DNA of 64,000 nucleotides from Paludibacteraceae bacterium (GTDB lineage Bacteria; Bacteroidota; Bacteroidia; Bacteroidales; Paludibacteraceae): NCBI GenBank assembly GCA_017550335.1, contig JAFZPM010000003.1, positions 15,040 to 79,039 of the forward strand, read 5' to 3'. Shown piece by piece: positions 52,159 to 60,409 of this stretch (position 1 is its first letter; each line of letters starts with the position of its first letter). The notes under the pieces were generated by a model. It saw only the letters and a program-made list of their open reading frames with translations, ran no database searches and was not told where the DNA came from. The position numbers and the translations under genes were made by a program.

Positions 52159-54423
52159 TTATTTTAAGATAACCTTCTCAACATAAGACCTGTCGTCCAC
52201 AGTGACACGCACGAAGTAGACGCCGCTTGCCTTGCCTTCCAAGTTGACAACCTGCTCACGGCCCGTACCGCTCGTGGTGTATACAGACTTGCCTGCGATG
52301 TCGACTACATCAAGAGAGAAAGCAACATCCTCAGAAGAGAAAGCAACGATGAACTCGCCATCGGTTGGGTTAGGATAGATGGAAAGAGAAGAACCAATGA
52401 TTCCATCCTCATCAGAAGAAACAATCACATTATCGAAATCATCCTCCACAATCTTTCCAGACCTCATTGTAGCAGCGCTACATCCAACTGTATTAGCATG
52501 GAATGTACTACCACCAGACACTTTAAATCCAGTCTTCAAGGTAACCGTTGGTGCGCTATACGTCACATGAGCACTGGACAAAATCTGTTTCTTGCCAATT
52601 ACCTTTGTTTGTGCGGAAGCCTTGTAATCCCCACCTTTAATGTCCGTATTTATCGTGAGCACATTAGGGCACTGGGTGTGAGGAACAACCCTTGCTGATG
52701 GGTCACCGAAGATATTCCATGCCTTAAACACAGATGCAGAACCAGGATATGCATCCATCATGGCGCAAGAAGCATTGTAACACAGACAACCAAAAGAACT
52801 ATATGTTTCCTGTGTCAGATAATCATTAAAGGCATCTTGAGCACGCATTGGCTCAAACCATGGTTGAAGAGTTGAAGATCCGTAAAATGCGATAGCTCCC
52901 GTAGGACATCCATTACTTGCTTTAGCCTTCAGCCAAGCTTCCGCAAAACAGGTGGTACCTGAAAAGAAATAAGGATAAGGATATATATCCGGAGCATAGC
53001 TAAGACCTGTGAAATCACCTACTAAACATGCCACAGAGAAGACAAACGGCCATTTGTTGGTATTTGTCAAGTTGTTGATGTTGTCATTGCTGAATCCAGT
53101 CGTACCCCAGAAAGTACTGTTTCCATGTCCAGTATAGTTGACTATCGAACGTCCGTTATTCAGAGCACTAGATACCATCTGAGGTGTTGGATCTCCTGTC
53201 GCATCTTGACCGCCATGTGACCCATCATACAACTCGTCAACAGCATTATATTCCCAGTTCAACAATTTTCCTCGGATTACTCTTTCGTGTTGCCAATCAT
53301 ATTCTCCATTGTCACCGGTTCCTTCACCACTACCAATGCATGTCCCTTTTCTTACCCATGCCTGTTCCCTATCCAACATGTCATACAAAATAGACCTGTT
53401 CACCATTGTGGTTACTTCAGTAGTGTTTATAGCGGAGAATCGGCCCACAATAATGTCCGGATAGTTATCATTACCTGATATTAAAGAATACATAGGGTCA
53501 CATCCGAATCCCTGCGAATCCATAAATGTTGGCACTTGAGCGTGATCTCCGACCAGCAACACAAATGTCAATTGAGGATGACTCGAGTAGTAGTTTGAGA
53601 TGTACTGCTTAATACTTGCGGCAGTAGTACCCGTTGTGCTCGTGGAAACAATCTGCGTTGAGATACCTATCTCATTCTTGTGGTCCACAAATGGTTGCAT
53701 TGCAGATACAAACGATGGGTAACTGATAACCAACATGGAACCAGCGTCGTTTGTCGAGGATCTCGTGACACCTCCCGTATAGTTAATGAATTGATTTTTA
53801 AATATCCCATCAAAATATTCATTACTTCTTGTGGTAACAGTGCCAGTACCTCCAGCGATTGTGAATTCAACTTCCAAACTTGTATAAACCCTCAATGTCT
53901 TGGTTGATCCATTATATGCGAAAGGATTAACAGAAATTACAGTACCATTGATATCTCTCATTTTATAAGAAGAACCCACTGAATACTGAGTTGATGGGTA
54001 GAATGAGTTCTTGCTATACACTGATGAGAATGTGTAACCAACAGTATTCGGATCTACTGTTCTTGACAATGATCCCTTCGAAGGAGCAACTTGCATGGAG
54101 TAATCCTTATACGAAGAAGATACTACACGCGCAGTAACCTTCGCACCCGCTGGGATCGCCAAACTTCTTGCATATTTCGGCAACTCAGGATAACCCTTGT
54201 CAATCATTTTCCCCTCTTCAAAATCTATTATATAGTATGTCGACCCATTTATAGTAACAGGCGTCCTACTGAAATTACCAACATTCACCTTCACTCTCAC
54301 CTTCTCTTTCGTTACAGACGTGACTTTAAAAGAGTTTGCGGTTGAATTTATCTTTATTGTCTCTTTTGCGAATCCCATGCTCGAAAAGAGAGAGATAAAA
54401 AGCAATAATAATATTCTTTTCAT
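52159..54423 (-). CDS. peptidase C25 family (gingipain-like cysteine protease) with an N-terminal propeptide domain and a T9SS C-terminal sorting domain
   Basis: 'FVLLVGDHAQVPTF' and 'NYTGHGNSTFWGT' (catalytic His region) and 'FVFSVACLVGDF' (catalytic Cys region) parallel gingipain R motifs. The C-terminus 'LSIYPNPTDGEFIVAF...GVYFVRVTVDDRSYVEKVILK' is a type A Por CTD. Confidence 0.85.
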   Translation of the reverse strand: MKRILLLLFISLFSSMGFAKETIKINSTANSFKVTSVTKEKVRVKVNVGNFSRTPVTINGSTYYIIDFEEGKMIDKGYPELPKYARSLAIPAGAKVTARVVSSSYKDYSMQVAPSKGSLSRTVDPNTVGYTFSSVYSKNSFYPSTQYSVGSSYKMRDINGTVISVNPFAYNGSTKTLRVYTSLEVEFTIAGGTGTVTTRSNEYFDGIFKNQFINYTGGVTRSSTNDAGSMLVISYPSFVSAMQPFVDHKNEIGISTQIVSTSTTGTTAASIKQYISNYYSSHPQLTFVLLVGDHAQVPTFMDSQGFGCDPMYSLISGNDNYPDIIVGRFSAINTTEVTTMVNRSILYDMLDREQAWVRKGTCIGSGEGTGDNGEYDWQHERVIRGKLLNWEYNAVDELYDGSHGGQDATGDPTPQMVSSALNNGRSIVNYTGHGNSTFWGTTGFSNDNINNLTNTNKWPFVFSVACLVGDFTGLSYAPDIYPYPYFFSGTTCFAEAWLKAKASNGCPTGAIAFYGSSTLQPWFEPMRAQDAFNDYLTQETYSSFGCLCYNASCAMMDAYPGSASVFKAWNIFGDPSARVVPHTQCPNVLTINTDIKGGDYKASAQTKVIGKKQILSSAHVTYSAPTVTLKTGFKVSGGSTFHANTVGCSAATMRSGKIVEDDFDNVIVSSDEDGIIGSSLSIYPNPTDGEFIVAFSSEDVAFSLDVVDIAGKSVYTTSGTGREQVVNLEGKASGVYFVRVTVDDRSYVEKVILK

Positions 54424-54435
54424 TTTCTTTCAAAT

Positions 54436-55257
54436 TTATTTCTCCAACATTTCTACTCTGTTCTTTAACTCTTTGTTCTCCTTCTCCAACTCGATCATAT
54501 GGAGGGTGAGTTCCTCAACCTTCTCGAGGAGCAGGTTGCTCATTTGTGACAAGCTCATGCCCTTCTCGGCCATCTCGGCAGCTGAAGGCACGCCAGGAAG
54601 GTGCTTGTTCTCCTTCACGAAACTCTCCACGTCGCTGAGCGAACGCAGGTTGTAGTTCTCGTCGAAAACATAGTCGGCGGCGTTATTCATCTCGACGTTG
54701 ATGTCCCTCGTGTTGATTTGGTCAGCCTTCACCTCGGCAACCTCCAACTCGTTTTGGCACTTGATCTTGCCAGACACTTCGAGGTCGGTGAGGATTTTTG
54801 TTTTGCTGTCGGACAAGTCCATGTAGTTTACACCATACGTGCCAGCGAAATAGTATGTGCTTGCGACAAATGCCAAGGCACCGTAGTTGTGATATCCGGA
54901 CGAAGCGATTCGCATACCTCCACCATCAGGGTTGGAGCTGATCCACAAGCCCGTACGGCTCATCTGATTAGTCGCATAAATGCTTAACCCATTCTCGACA
55001 TAGTTGCTACTTCCTCTAGCGGCGAAACTTCCGGTAGTCGTGAAATTTCCGTTCATCATCGTTTCTCCGTTCACATATAACTTGTACTGGCTGGTTGTAC
55101 TACTTGGAGTAGTTCCAAGAGTCAAATTTCCAGTAACACTTGTTGTCGGATAGCTGTAGATTCCATAACTGCCATTGTACTTCCAAGATTGTGCGTTTGC
55201 GGCACACACAGACATTGCGACACCCATTGTCGCCAAAATCAATTTCTTAAAATCCAT
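54436..55257 (-). CDS. secreted mosaic-family protein 5
   Basis: The internal Met at 55257 gives MDFKKLILATMGVAMSVCAANAQS. It has a distinct Gly/Ser/Thr/Tyr-rich N-terminal half and the C-terminal module 'IKCQNELEVAEVK..NNAADYVFDENYNLRSLSDVESFVKENKHLPGVPSAAEMAEKGMSLSQMSNLLLEKVEELTLHMIELEKENKELK'. Its stop is 12 nt before the C25 gene start. Confidence 0.7.
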   Translation of the reverse strand: MDFKKLILATMGVAMSVCAANAQSWKYNGSYGIYSYPTTSVTGNLTLGTTPSSTTSQYKLYVNGETMMNGNFTTTGSFAARGSSNYVENGLSIYATNQMSRTGLWISSNPDGGGMRIASSGYHNYGALAFVASTYYFAGTYGVNYMDLSDSKTKILTDLEVSGKIKCQNELEVAEVKADQINTRDINVEMNNAADYVFDENYNLRSLSDVESFVKENKHLPGVPSAAEMAEKGMSLSQMSNLLLEKVEELTLHMIELEKENKELKNRVEMLEK

Positions 55258-55383
55258 TTTTGAAAAAATTTTTTTGTGAATAATTAACTGATTCAGAACA
55301 ACCCACCCCATAAATGACCGATAGATTATTTGCATAACACATCATCAAAAATATGGCCAGCGGGGAGAACTGATCCTCTTTTC

Positions 55384-56151
55384 TTACTTCTTCAAAGACT
55401 CCACTTCAGCCTTCAACGCCTTATTCTCCTTCTCCAACTCGATCATGTGGAGGGTGAGTTCCTCAACCTTCTCGAGGAGCAGGTTGCTCATTTGGGAAAC
55501 GCTCATGCCCTTCTCGGCCATCTCAGCGGCGGATGGAACACCTGGCAGGTGCTTGTTCTCCTTCACGAAGCTCTCCACGTCGCTGAGCGAACGCAGGTTG
55601 TAGTTCTCGTCGAACACATAGTCGGCGGCGTTGTTCATGTCCACCGTGATGTCCTCCGTACGGATGCTCTTGGAATTCACCTCCGTCACATTCAACTCGT
55701 CCTTGCAAGACAACTTACCATTGACGATCACATCATTGTCGAAAGTGGCCCTGGTGAACTTGAATACGGCAGGATAGTAAGAATTCATGTAACTGTTGGT
55801 GCTAAACGTCAGGTTATTGTTGCTATCCCAATTGATGGAGAAATGAGGACACATTGAGTGACTGGAAGATATCTTGTTGAGCCAAAGACCTGTTCCTCCG
55901 ATACGACCCGCCTGTGTAACCTCAAACACCGTAGTATACGAACCCAAATTAGAGTCAATACAGTTAATGAAATAACCTGGACTCTGCTGCTGAGTCTGTC
56001 CGCCACTGTTTATCTGTTTATACTTCACAGAAAGACTTGCGGAATGCATGTCTGCCACATAATGACTGTTCTCCGTGATAGGAGTTTGCGCATTCACAGC
56101 GCATGACATGGCAACACCCATTGTCGCCATAACAATTTTTTTAAAATCCAT
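55384..56151 (-). CDS. secreted mosaic-family protein 6
   Basis: Signal peptide MDFKKIVMATMGVAMSCAVNAQT. The N-terminal half is homologous to member 4 ('FSINWDSNNNLTFS'). The C-terminal module is nearly identical to member 5. Confidence 0.7.
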   Translation of the reverse strand: MDFKKIVMATMGVAMSCAVNAQTPITENSHYVADMHSASLSVKYKQINSGGQTQQQSPGYFINCIDSNLGSYTTVFEVTQAGRIGGTGLWLNKISSSHSMCPHFSINWDSNNNLTFSTNSYMNSYYPAVFKFTRATFDNDVIVNGKLSCKDELNVTEVNSKSIRTEDITVDMNNAADYVFDENYNLRSLSDVESFVKENKHLPGVPSAAEMAEKGMSVSQMSNLLLEKVEELTLHMIELEKENKALKAEVESLKK

Positions 56152-56604
56152 TTGTTTTTGGTTTTAAATGATTAATAAATTGGTTAATTGATTCGGGACA
56201 ACCCGCCCGCATGAATGACTGATAAATTAATTACATGATATACATAAAAAATAAAACAACCAATGAGGGAGAGCTGAAGCCCCTTTTTCTTTATAATTCT
56301 CTTCAATGACTATACTTACGCCTTCGGGGACCCATCCTTCCTCACATCATTAAGTTTCCCGCAAACCGGACGGAATTCGCGACTCTCGCCCATTATATGT
56401 TCAGCAATGATGTTCACATCCACGATGATGGCATCCACACAGATATTCCTCAAATTCATTTTTCCTTACTATATTTTTTAATTAACACCTTCATAGTCCC
56501 CCTCTGGTCTTCTTCTTACAGTCAACCACCGAGGAAGGACTTCATTAACACTTCATATGATTAACCTTTTACACCACAAATCTAACATAAAATGCATACA
56601 CCGA

Positions 56605-56648
56605 TTGTGGAATTTTTCCCCATTCATGAACTTTTTGTGGAATTTTTC
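56605..56648 (+). repeat. 14-nt exact direct repeat TTGTGGAATTTTTC x2 (30-bp spacing) in the AT-rich tract
   Basis: Copies at 56605-56618 and 56635-56648. The TTGTGGAA core recurs at 57136 and 57563, and GTGGAA/TTCCAC form a hairpin at 57021-57056. Confidence 0.7.
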
Positions 56649-57611
56649 TACGTATTTACACGTATGAAAGGCTATTTTTAAAAGAAATGTCAAGCGTACA
56701 CGTATAGAGCAAACGATTTGATTTTAAATATATTAACTTTATTTATGTGTATTTTAAATATATCATTTATTATGTTGCATTTTGCATTTTTTGTGCTTGT
56801 GAAAAAGCAAATATTATGCCACTATATGTATTTGCGTCCATTGTGCAATTATTTTGTGACCATTATCAATGTATTTATTTGCTAAATATCTATTTGTGTA
56901 ATTATATATTTATTGTTTTTATGAAAAAACATGCTACAAGACATCCCATTACGAGGAAATATTCCTTTCAGGAAAAGAAAAAAGAGGTGCGGCCCCCCCA
57001 CGAGAAAAGATAAAAAACAGGTGGAAGACACTCACCCCGTCTTGCGACATTTCCACAGCGGAAGGCATGCCAGGCATTCAATAATGGATTAACAACACAC
57101 CCCAGATAATATATATGTGAAAAAGGCTTCCTGATTTGTGGAAAAAATCCCATAAATGAAAGGATAAAAATATGGAATTATGCGATTAGACGCATATTTA
57201 TATTAAAGAAAATGACGATTCCTTCCCAAATTTTTATACTGGTCAACATATACAGGAACGGTTTCCTTAAAAAACACAATGAATTTTGCGCAATAATTCT
57301 GTCCAATCACTATACATAAAATGGTAGTTGAATCAATTATATGATAAATATTATCTAAATTGACCGATAAAAAAGGGGGTTTTGGCACAGTTTTTGCATT
57401 AATATACATGAGGGGTTTAGATGAATCGTTGAATAATTCAACATTTGTCATCTCTCAGAGGAATAGACTTTTCATAATCCTTAAAAGGGAACAATATTAT
57501 CAAAATTTCTATGATTGTTTTGTGATACCGCGCCATCGGCTCTCCTTGCCATGGCGCGTTTTTTTGTGGAAATCTTATTGCATAGATATTCAAATGGTTA
57601 TGCGAAACGAT

Positions 57612-58697
57612 TCAGACCTCGGCGCCACTGGCGAAGCGCCTCCACTTCTCGATAAGCTGCTTGAAATCGTCCGGCCACTCGGAGTCGAAATACATCTCCT
57701 CACCCGTGCGCGGGTGCACGAAGCCTAGTGTCTTGGCATGCAAGGCCTGTCGCGGACAGATCTCAAGGCAATTCTTCACGAACTGCTTGTACTTGGCGGT
57801 GGTGTTCCCCCTCAGGATCTCCGTCCCGCCATAACGTTCGTCGGCGAAGAGGGTGTGTCCGATGTGCTTCATGTGCACGCGTATCTGGTGCGTTCGTCCA
57901 GTCTCCAACCTGCACTCCACAAGGGTCACGTAGCCGAACCGTTCCAACACCCGGTAATGGGTGACGGCATGCTTGGCGTTGGAGTTCTCCCCCTCCGGGA
58001 AGACGGTGAAGAGCATCCTGTCCCTCGGGTCACGGCCCAAATCGCCCGTGATCGTCCCCTCGTCCTCGGTGAAGTTGCCCCAGACAAGCGCGTTATAGAG
58101 TCGTTTAGTCGTCTTATTGAAGAATTGTTTGCCCAAGTGGGTCTTGGCGTCCTCGTTCTTGGCGATGATGAGCAGGCCGGAGGTGTCCTTGTCGATACGG
58201 TGCACCAGCCCCAAGCGAGGGTCGCTGACGCTGAAGTCCGGAGAATCCTTCAGGTGCCAAGCCAGCGCATTGAGGAGCGTGCCTTGGAAATTGCCGAAGC
58301 CTGGGTGCACGACCATGCCCGGCTGCTTGTTGACGAGGATGACATCCTGGTCCTCATACACGATGTTCAATGGAATATCCTGCGGAATGATCTCGAACTC
58401 CGACGGCGGGTAGGAAAGCATGATGGATATCACATCCAGGGGCTTCACCCTATAATTGGACTTCACGGGGTTGCCGTTGACCAATATGCACTTGGCGTCC
58501 GCCGCATCCTGGATGCGGTTGCGCGAGACATTGGACATGCAGTTGACAAGGTATTTGTCGATTCTGACGAGGGAATGGCCCTTCTCTACCGTGAAGCGGA
58601 AATGTTCATGGAACTGCCCGTCATTGCCGAGGGCCGCGCCGTCATCCTCCCTCTCCTCCACATCCAAATCGTCAGGGATGAGGTTATCGTCGATCAT
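57612..58697 (-). CDS. rluD: RluA/RluD-family 23S rRNA pseudouridine synthase
   Basis: N-terminal S4-like 'RIDKYLVNCMSNVSRNRIQ', catalytic 'HRIDKDTSGLLIIAKN', and 'GRTHQIRVHM'. Confidence 0.85.
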   Translation of the reverse strand: MIDDNLIPDDLDVEEREDDGAALGNDGQFHEHFRFTVEKGHSLVRIDKYLVNCMSNVSRNRIQDAADAKCILVNGNPVKSNYRVKPLDVISIMLSYPPSEFEIIPQDIPLNIVYEDQDVILVNKQPGMVVHPGFGNFQGTLLNALAWHLKDSPDFSVSDPRLGLVHRIDKDTSGLLIIAKNEDAKTHLGKQFFNKTTKRLYNALVWGNFTEDEGTITGDLGRDPRDRMLFTVFPEGENSNAKHAVTHYRVLERFGYVTLVECRLETGRTHQIRVHMKHIGHTLFADERYGGTEILRGNTTAKYKQFVKNCLEICPRQALHAKTLGFVHPRTGEEMYFDSEWPDDFKQLIEKWRRFASGAEV

Positions 58698-59569
58698 TTG
58701 AAGAGGTTATCAGTGTCCGCACTCGTGTCATCCGGCTCGTCCGGGTTGTAGTAGATCACCTCCGGAGATTCCAGCACGGAAGGGTCCTTGGAAAGGTACA
58801 AGTCGACGGAGCCACCCACATTGATGGAGGAACCCGTGGCGGGTTGTTGCTTGTAGACGAAGAACAACGCCTTCTCCGCATCGTCCTTCGGCTGCTCGTC
58901 ATAGATGACCTTACCTATATTGAGGAAAGCGGAATGGGCCTTCAATTTGGCCTGCTCCTCGTTCAATTTCCTGAAGCTGATGACCTCGAGGGTCTCGTTG
59001 GACAAGCCCCGTCCCACGTAAAGCGTCACACTGGAACCCTCCGGGATGCGTGTTCCCGGCTGGAGCTCCAGCTTGTTCTGTTTCACGAACTGCACAAGGT
59101 CCTTGTATTCGTTCGGCACATAAACCACGCTATCGACCCTGAGGCCCACCGAATTGATCATGGCCTCCGCCTGTCTGAGCGAGAAGTCATGCACATCCGG
59201 CAACATCACCATGCGCACGGCCGACGAGTTGACGATCAGGTACAAGGTGCGGTCCGCCTTGATCTTCTCCCCCGGCTTAGGCATCTGCTCCACGATGACG
59301 CCGAGGGCCTTTCCCTTCATGAACACGGAGTCCACCACCTCCAGCTTCAGCGACTGCTTCGCCAATACCTGAGAGGCCTCGGCCGTGGTCATTCCCGACA
59401 AGTCCGGGACGACTATCTCCTGCCCATGGTTGGTGTAGCTCTTCAGCCAGGAGAAAGTGCACTTATAAAGAACGAATAGAATCAGTATCGCCGCCACGAA
59501 GCTGATCGTGTACGGATTGATAAATATTTTCTTTACATTAATTTTCATAGGGACCTTGTTATTTCCCAC
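58694..59569 (-). CDS. PASTA domain-containing membrane-anchored protein
   Basis: N-terminal TM helix (ISFVAAILILFVLY). Three ~65-aa repeats of the type 'VPDLSGMTTAEASQVL..L.LEVVDSV' / 'LPDVHDFSLRQAEAMI'. Overlaps the rluD start by 4 nt. Confidence 0.7.
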   Translation of the reverse strand: MGNNKVPMKINVKKIFINPYTISFVAAILILFVLYKCTFSWLKSYTNHGQEIVVPDLSGMTTAEASQVLAKQSLKLEVVDSVFMKGKALGVIVEQMPKPGEKIKADRTLYLIVNSSAVRMVMLPDVHDFSLRQAEAMINSVGLRVDSVVYVPNEYKDLVQFVKQNKLELQPGTRIPEGSSVTLYVGRGLSNETLEVISFRKLNEEQAKLKAHSAFLNIGKVIYDEQPKDDAEKALFFVYKQQPATGSSINVGGSVDLYLSKDPSVLESPEVIYYNPDEPDDTSADTDNLFK

Positions 59570-59664
59570 AAAAATACGATAAATTTTTCTTTATATGAAT
59601 CGTTTGGCGAAAATATCGTCCCAACCCCTGCGGCGATTCCTTCTAGAGGTGAAGAATGAACGGC

Positions 59665-59736
59665 AAATCGTAAATAGTTAAATAGTAAATCGTAAATGGT
59701 TAAATAGTAAATCGTAAATGGTTAAATAGTAAATAC
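59665..59736 (-). repeat. tandem array of GTAAAT-type 7-8-mers (22-nt super-unit x3)
   Basis: aaatcgtaaatagttaaatagtaaatcgtaaatggttaaatagtaaatcgtaaatggttaaatagtaaatac. It is the reverse complement of the core of the dispersed element at 47432. Confidence 0.8.
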
Positions 59737-59876
59737 TTGCAAACACCTAGCGAAACAAGGGAGATCTCCTACAGGTTTCCAGGGATAACGGGTAGACTTC
59801 CGCACAACGGCTCGGCCACATGACGCCCCACCCCCACCGACGCGTCATACGTCCATGGAAGGATGGCAGAGCGATA

Positions 59877-60071
59877 CTACCAGAACCTCTTCTGCTGCTC
59901 GCTGAACTCGAACCCGCCTGTGGCGAGACGGGCGATCAACCACTCCCTCTCCACATCCAAAGCGCTGCACAACTCGTCCAGATCCCCCGCATACTCGTCC
60001 CGCAGCTTCATGTTCACGAAGCTGAACAACATATTTATATCTTCCGGCAACTGATTCATAATGAGATCCAT
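59877..60071 (-). CDS. DUF4250 domain-containing small protein
   Basis: MDLIMNQLPEDINMLFSFVNMKLRDEYAGDLDELCSALDVEREWLIARL matches my memory of the DUF4250 family. Start chosen at the internal Met (60071). Confidence 0.55.
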   Translation of the reverse strand: MDLIMNQLPEDINMLFSFVNMKLRDEYAGDLDELCSALDVEREWLIARLATGGFEFSEQQKRFW

Positions 60072-60136
60072 GTGTATAAACAATTGAGGCGCATACCATG
60101 ATGCGCCCCATATCTTTCCTTTGTTTCAGAGAAATA

Positions 60137-60295
60137 TTATCTCTTTACAGCGTACTCGTCAGAAACTGTGAGCTTCTTTCTGCCATGAGCCCTGCGAGAT
60201 GCCAATACTCTACGTCCGTTCGCTGTCTCCATTCTTGAACGGAAACCGTGCTTGTTCTTTCTCTTTCTAATAGAGGGTTGAAATGTTCTTTTCAT
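60137..60295 (-). CDS. rpmH: 50S ribosomal protein L34 (52 aa; below the ORF-track cutoff)
   Basis: Hand translation of the minus strand: [52 protein letters not shown]. This is the canonical L34 sequence pattern. Confidence 0.9.
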   Translation of the reverse strand: MKRTFQPSIRKRKNKHGFRSRMETANGRRVLASRRAHGRKKLTVSDEYAVKR

Positions 60296-60352
60296 TGCCG
60301 TGTATTATTATTTATATTATTCTTCCTGATTTTCACTCCCAAAATCGGATTG

Positions 60353-60360
60353 CAAAGATA
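60353..60360 (-). promoter_or_regulatory. candidate -7 promoter box (TATCTTTG) for rpmH
   Basis: The reverse complement of caaagata matches TAnnTTTG, 58 nt upstream of the rpmH ATG. Confidence 0.45.
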
Positions 60361-60409
60361 GACGTTTTATCCGATATTTCAAATTGTTAATAACTTTTTC
60401 TTCCCACTT

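Noticed and set aside
41566-56151. Prophage or tail-fibre locus as the explanation for the mosaic family.
   Set aside because: No capsid, portal, terminase, tail tube, baseplate, integrase or lysis genes are present. The intervening genes are ordinary chromosomal functions (GH5, rubrerythrin, rubredoxin). I could not see the S74 chaperone signature, only a loosely similar C-terminal helix.
56747-57451. ORFs of 88 aa (56747-57013, +) and 82 aa (57203-57451, -) in the AT-rich tract.
   Set aside because: Their composition is extreme (I/Y/F/N/K/C-rich) and reflects AT-rich DNA rather than coding selection. They have no signal peptide logic or motifs and are flanked by many stops in all frames.
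56152-57611. An invertible (phase-variable) promoter controlling the paralogue array.
   Set aside because: I found no pair of long inverted repeats bracketing a promoter-sized segment, no ARACGTWCGT-type sites, and no tyrosine or serine recombinase gene in the window. The repeated TTGTGGAA motifs are mostly direct.
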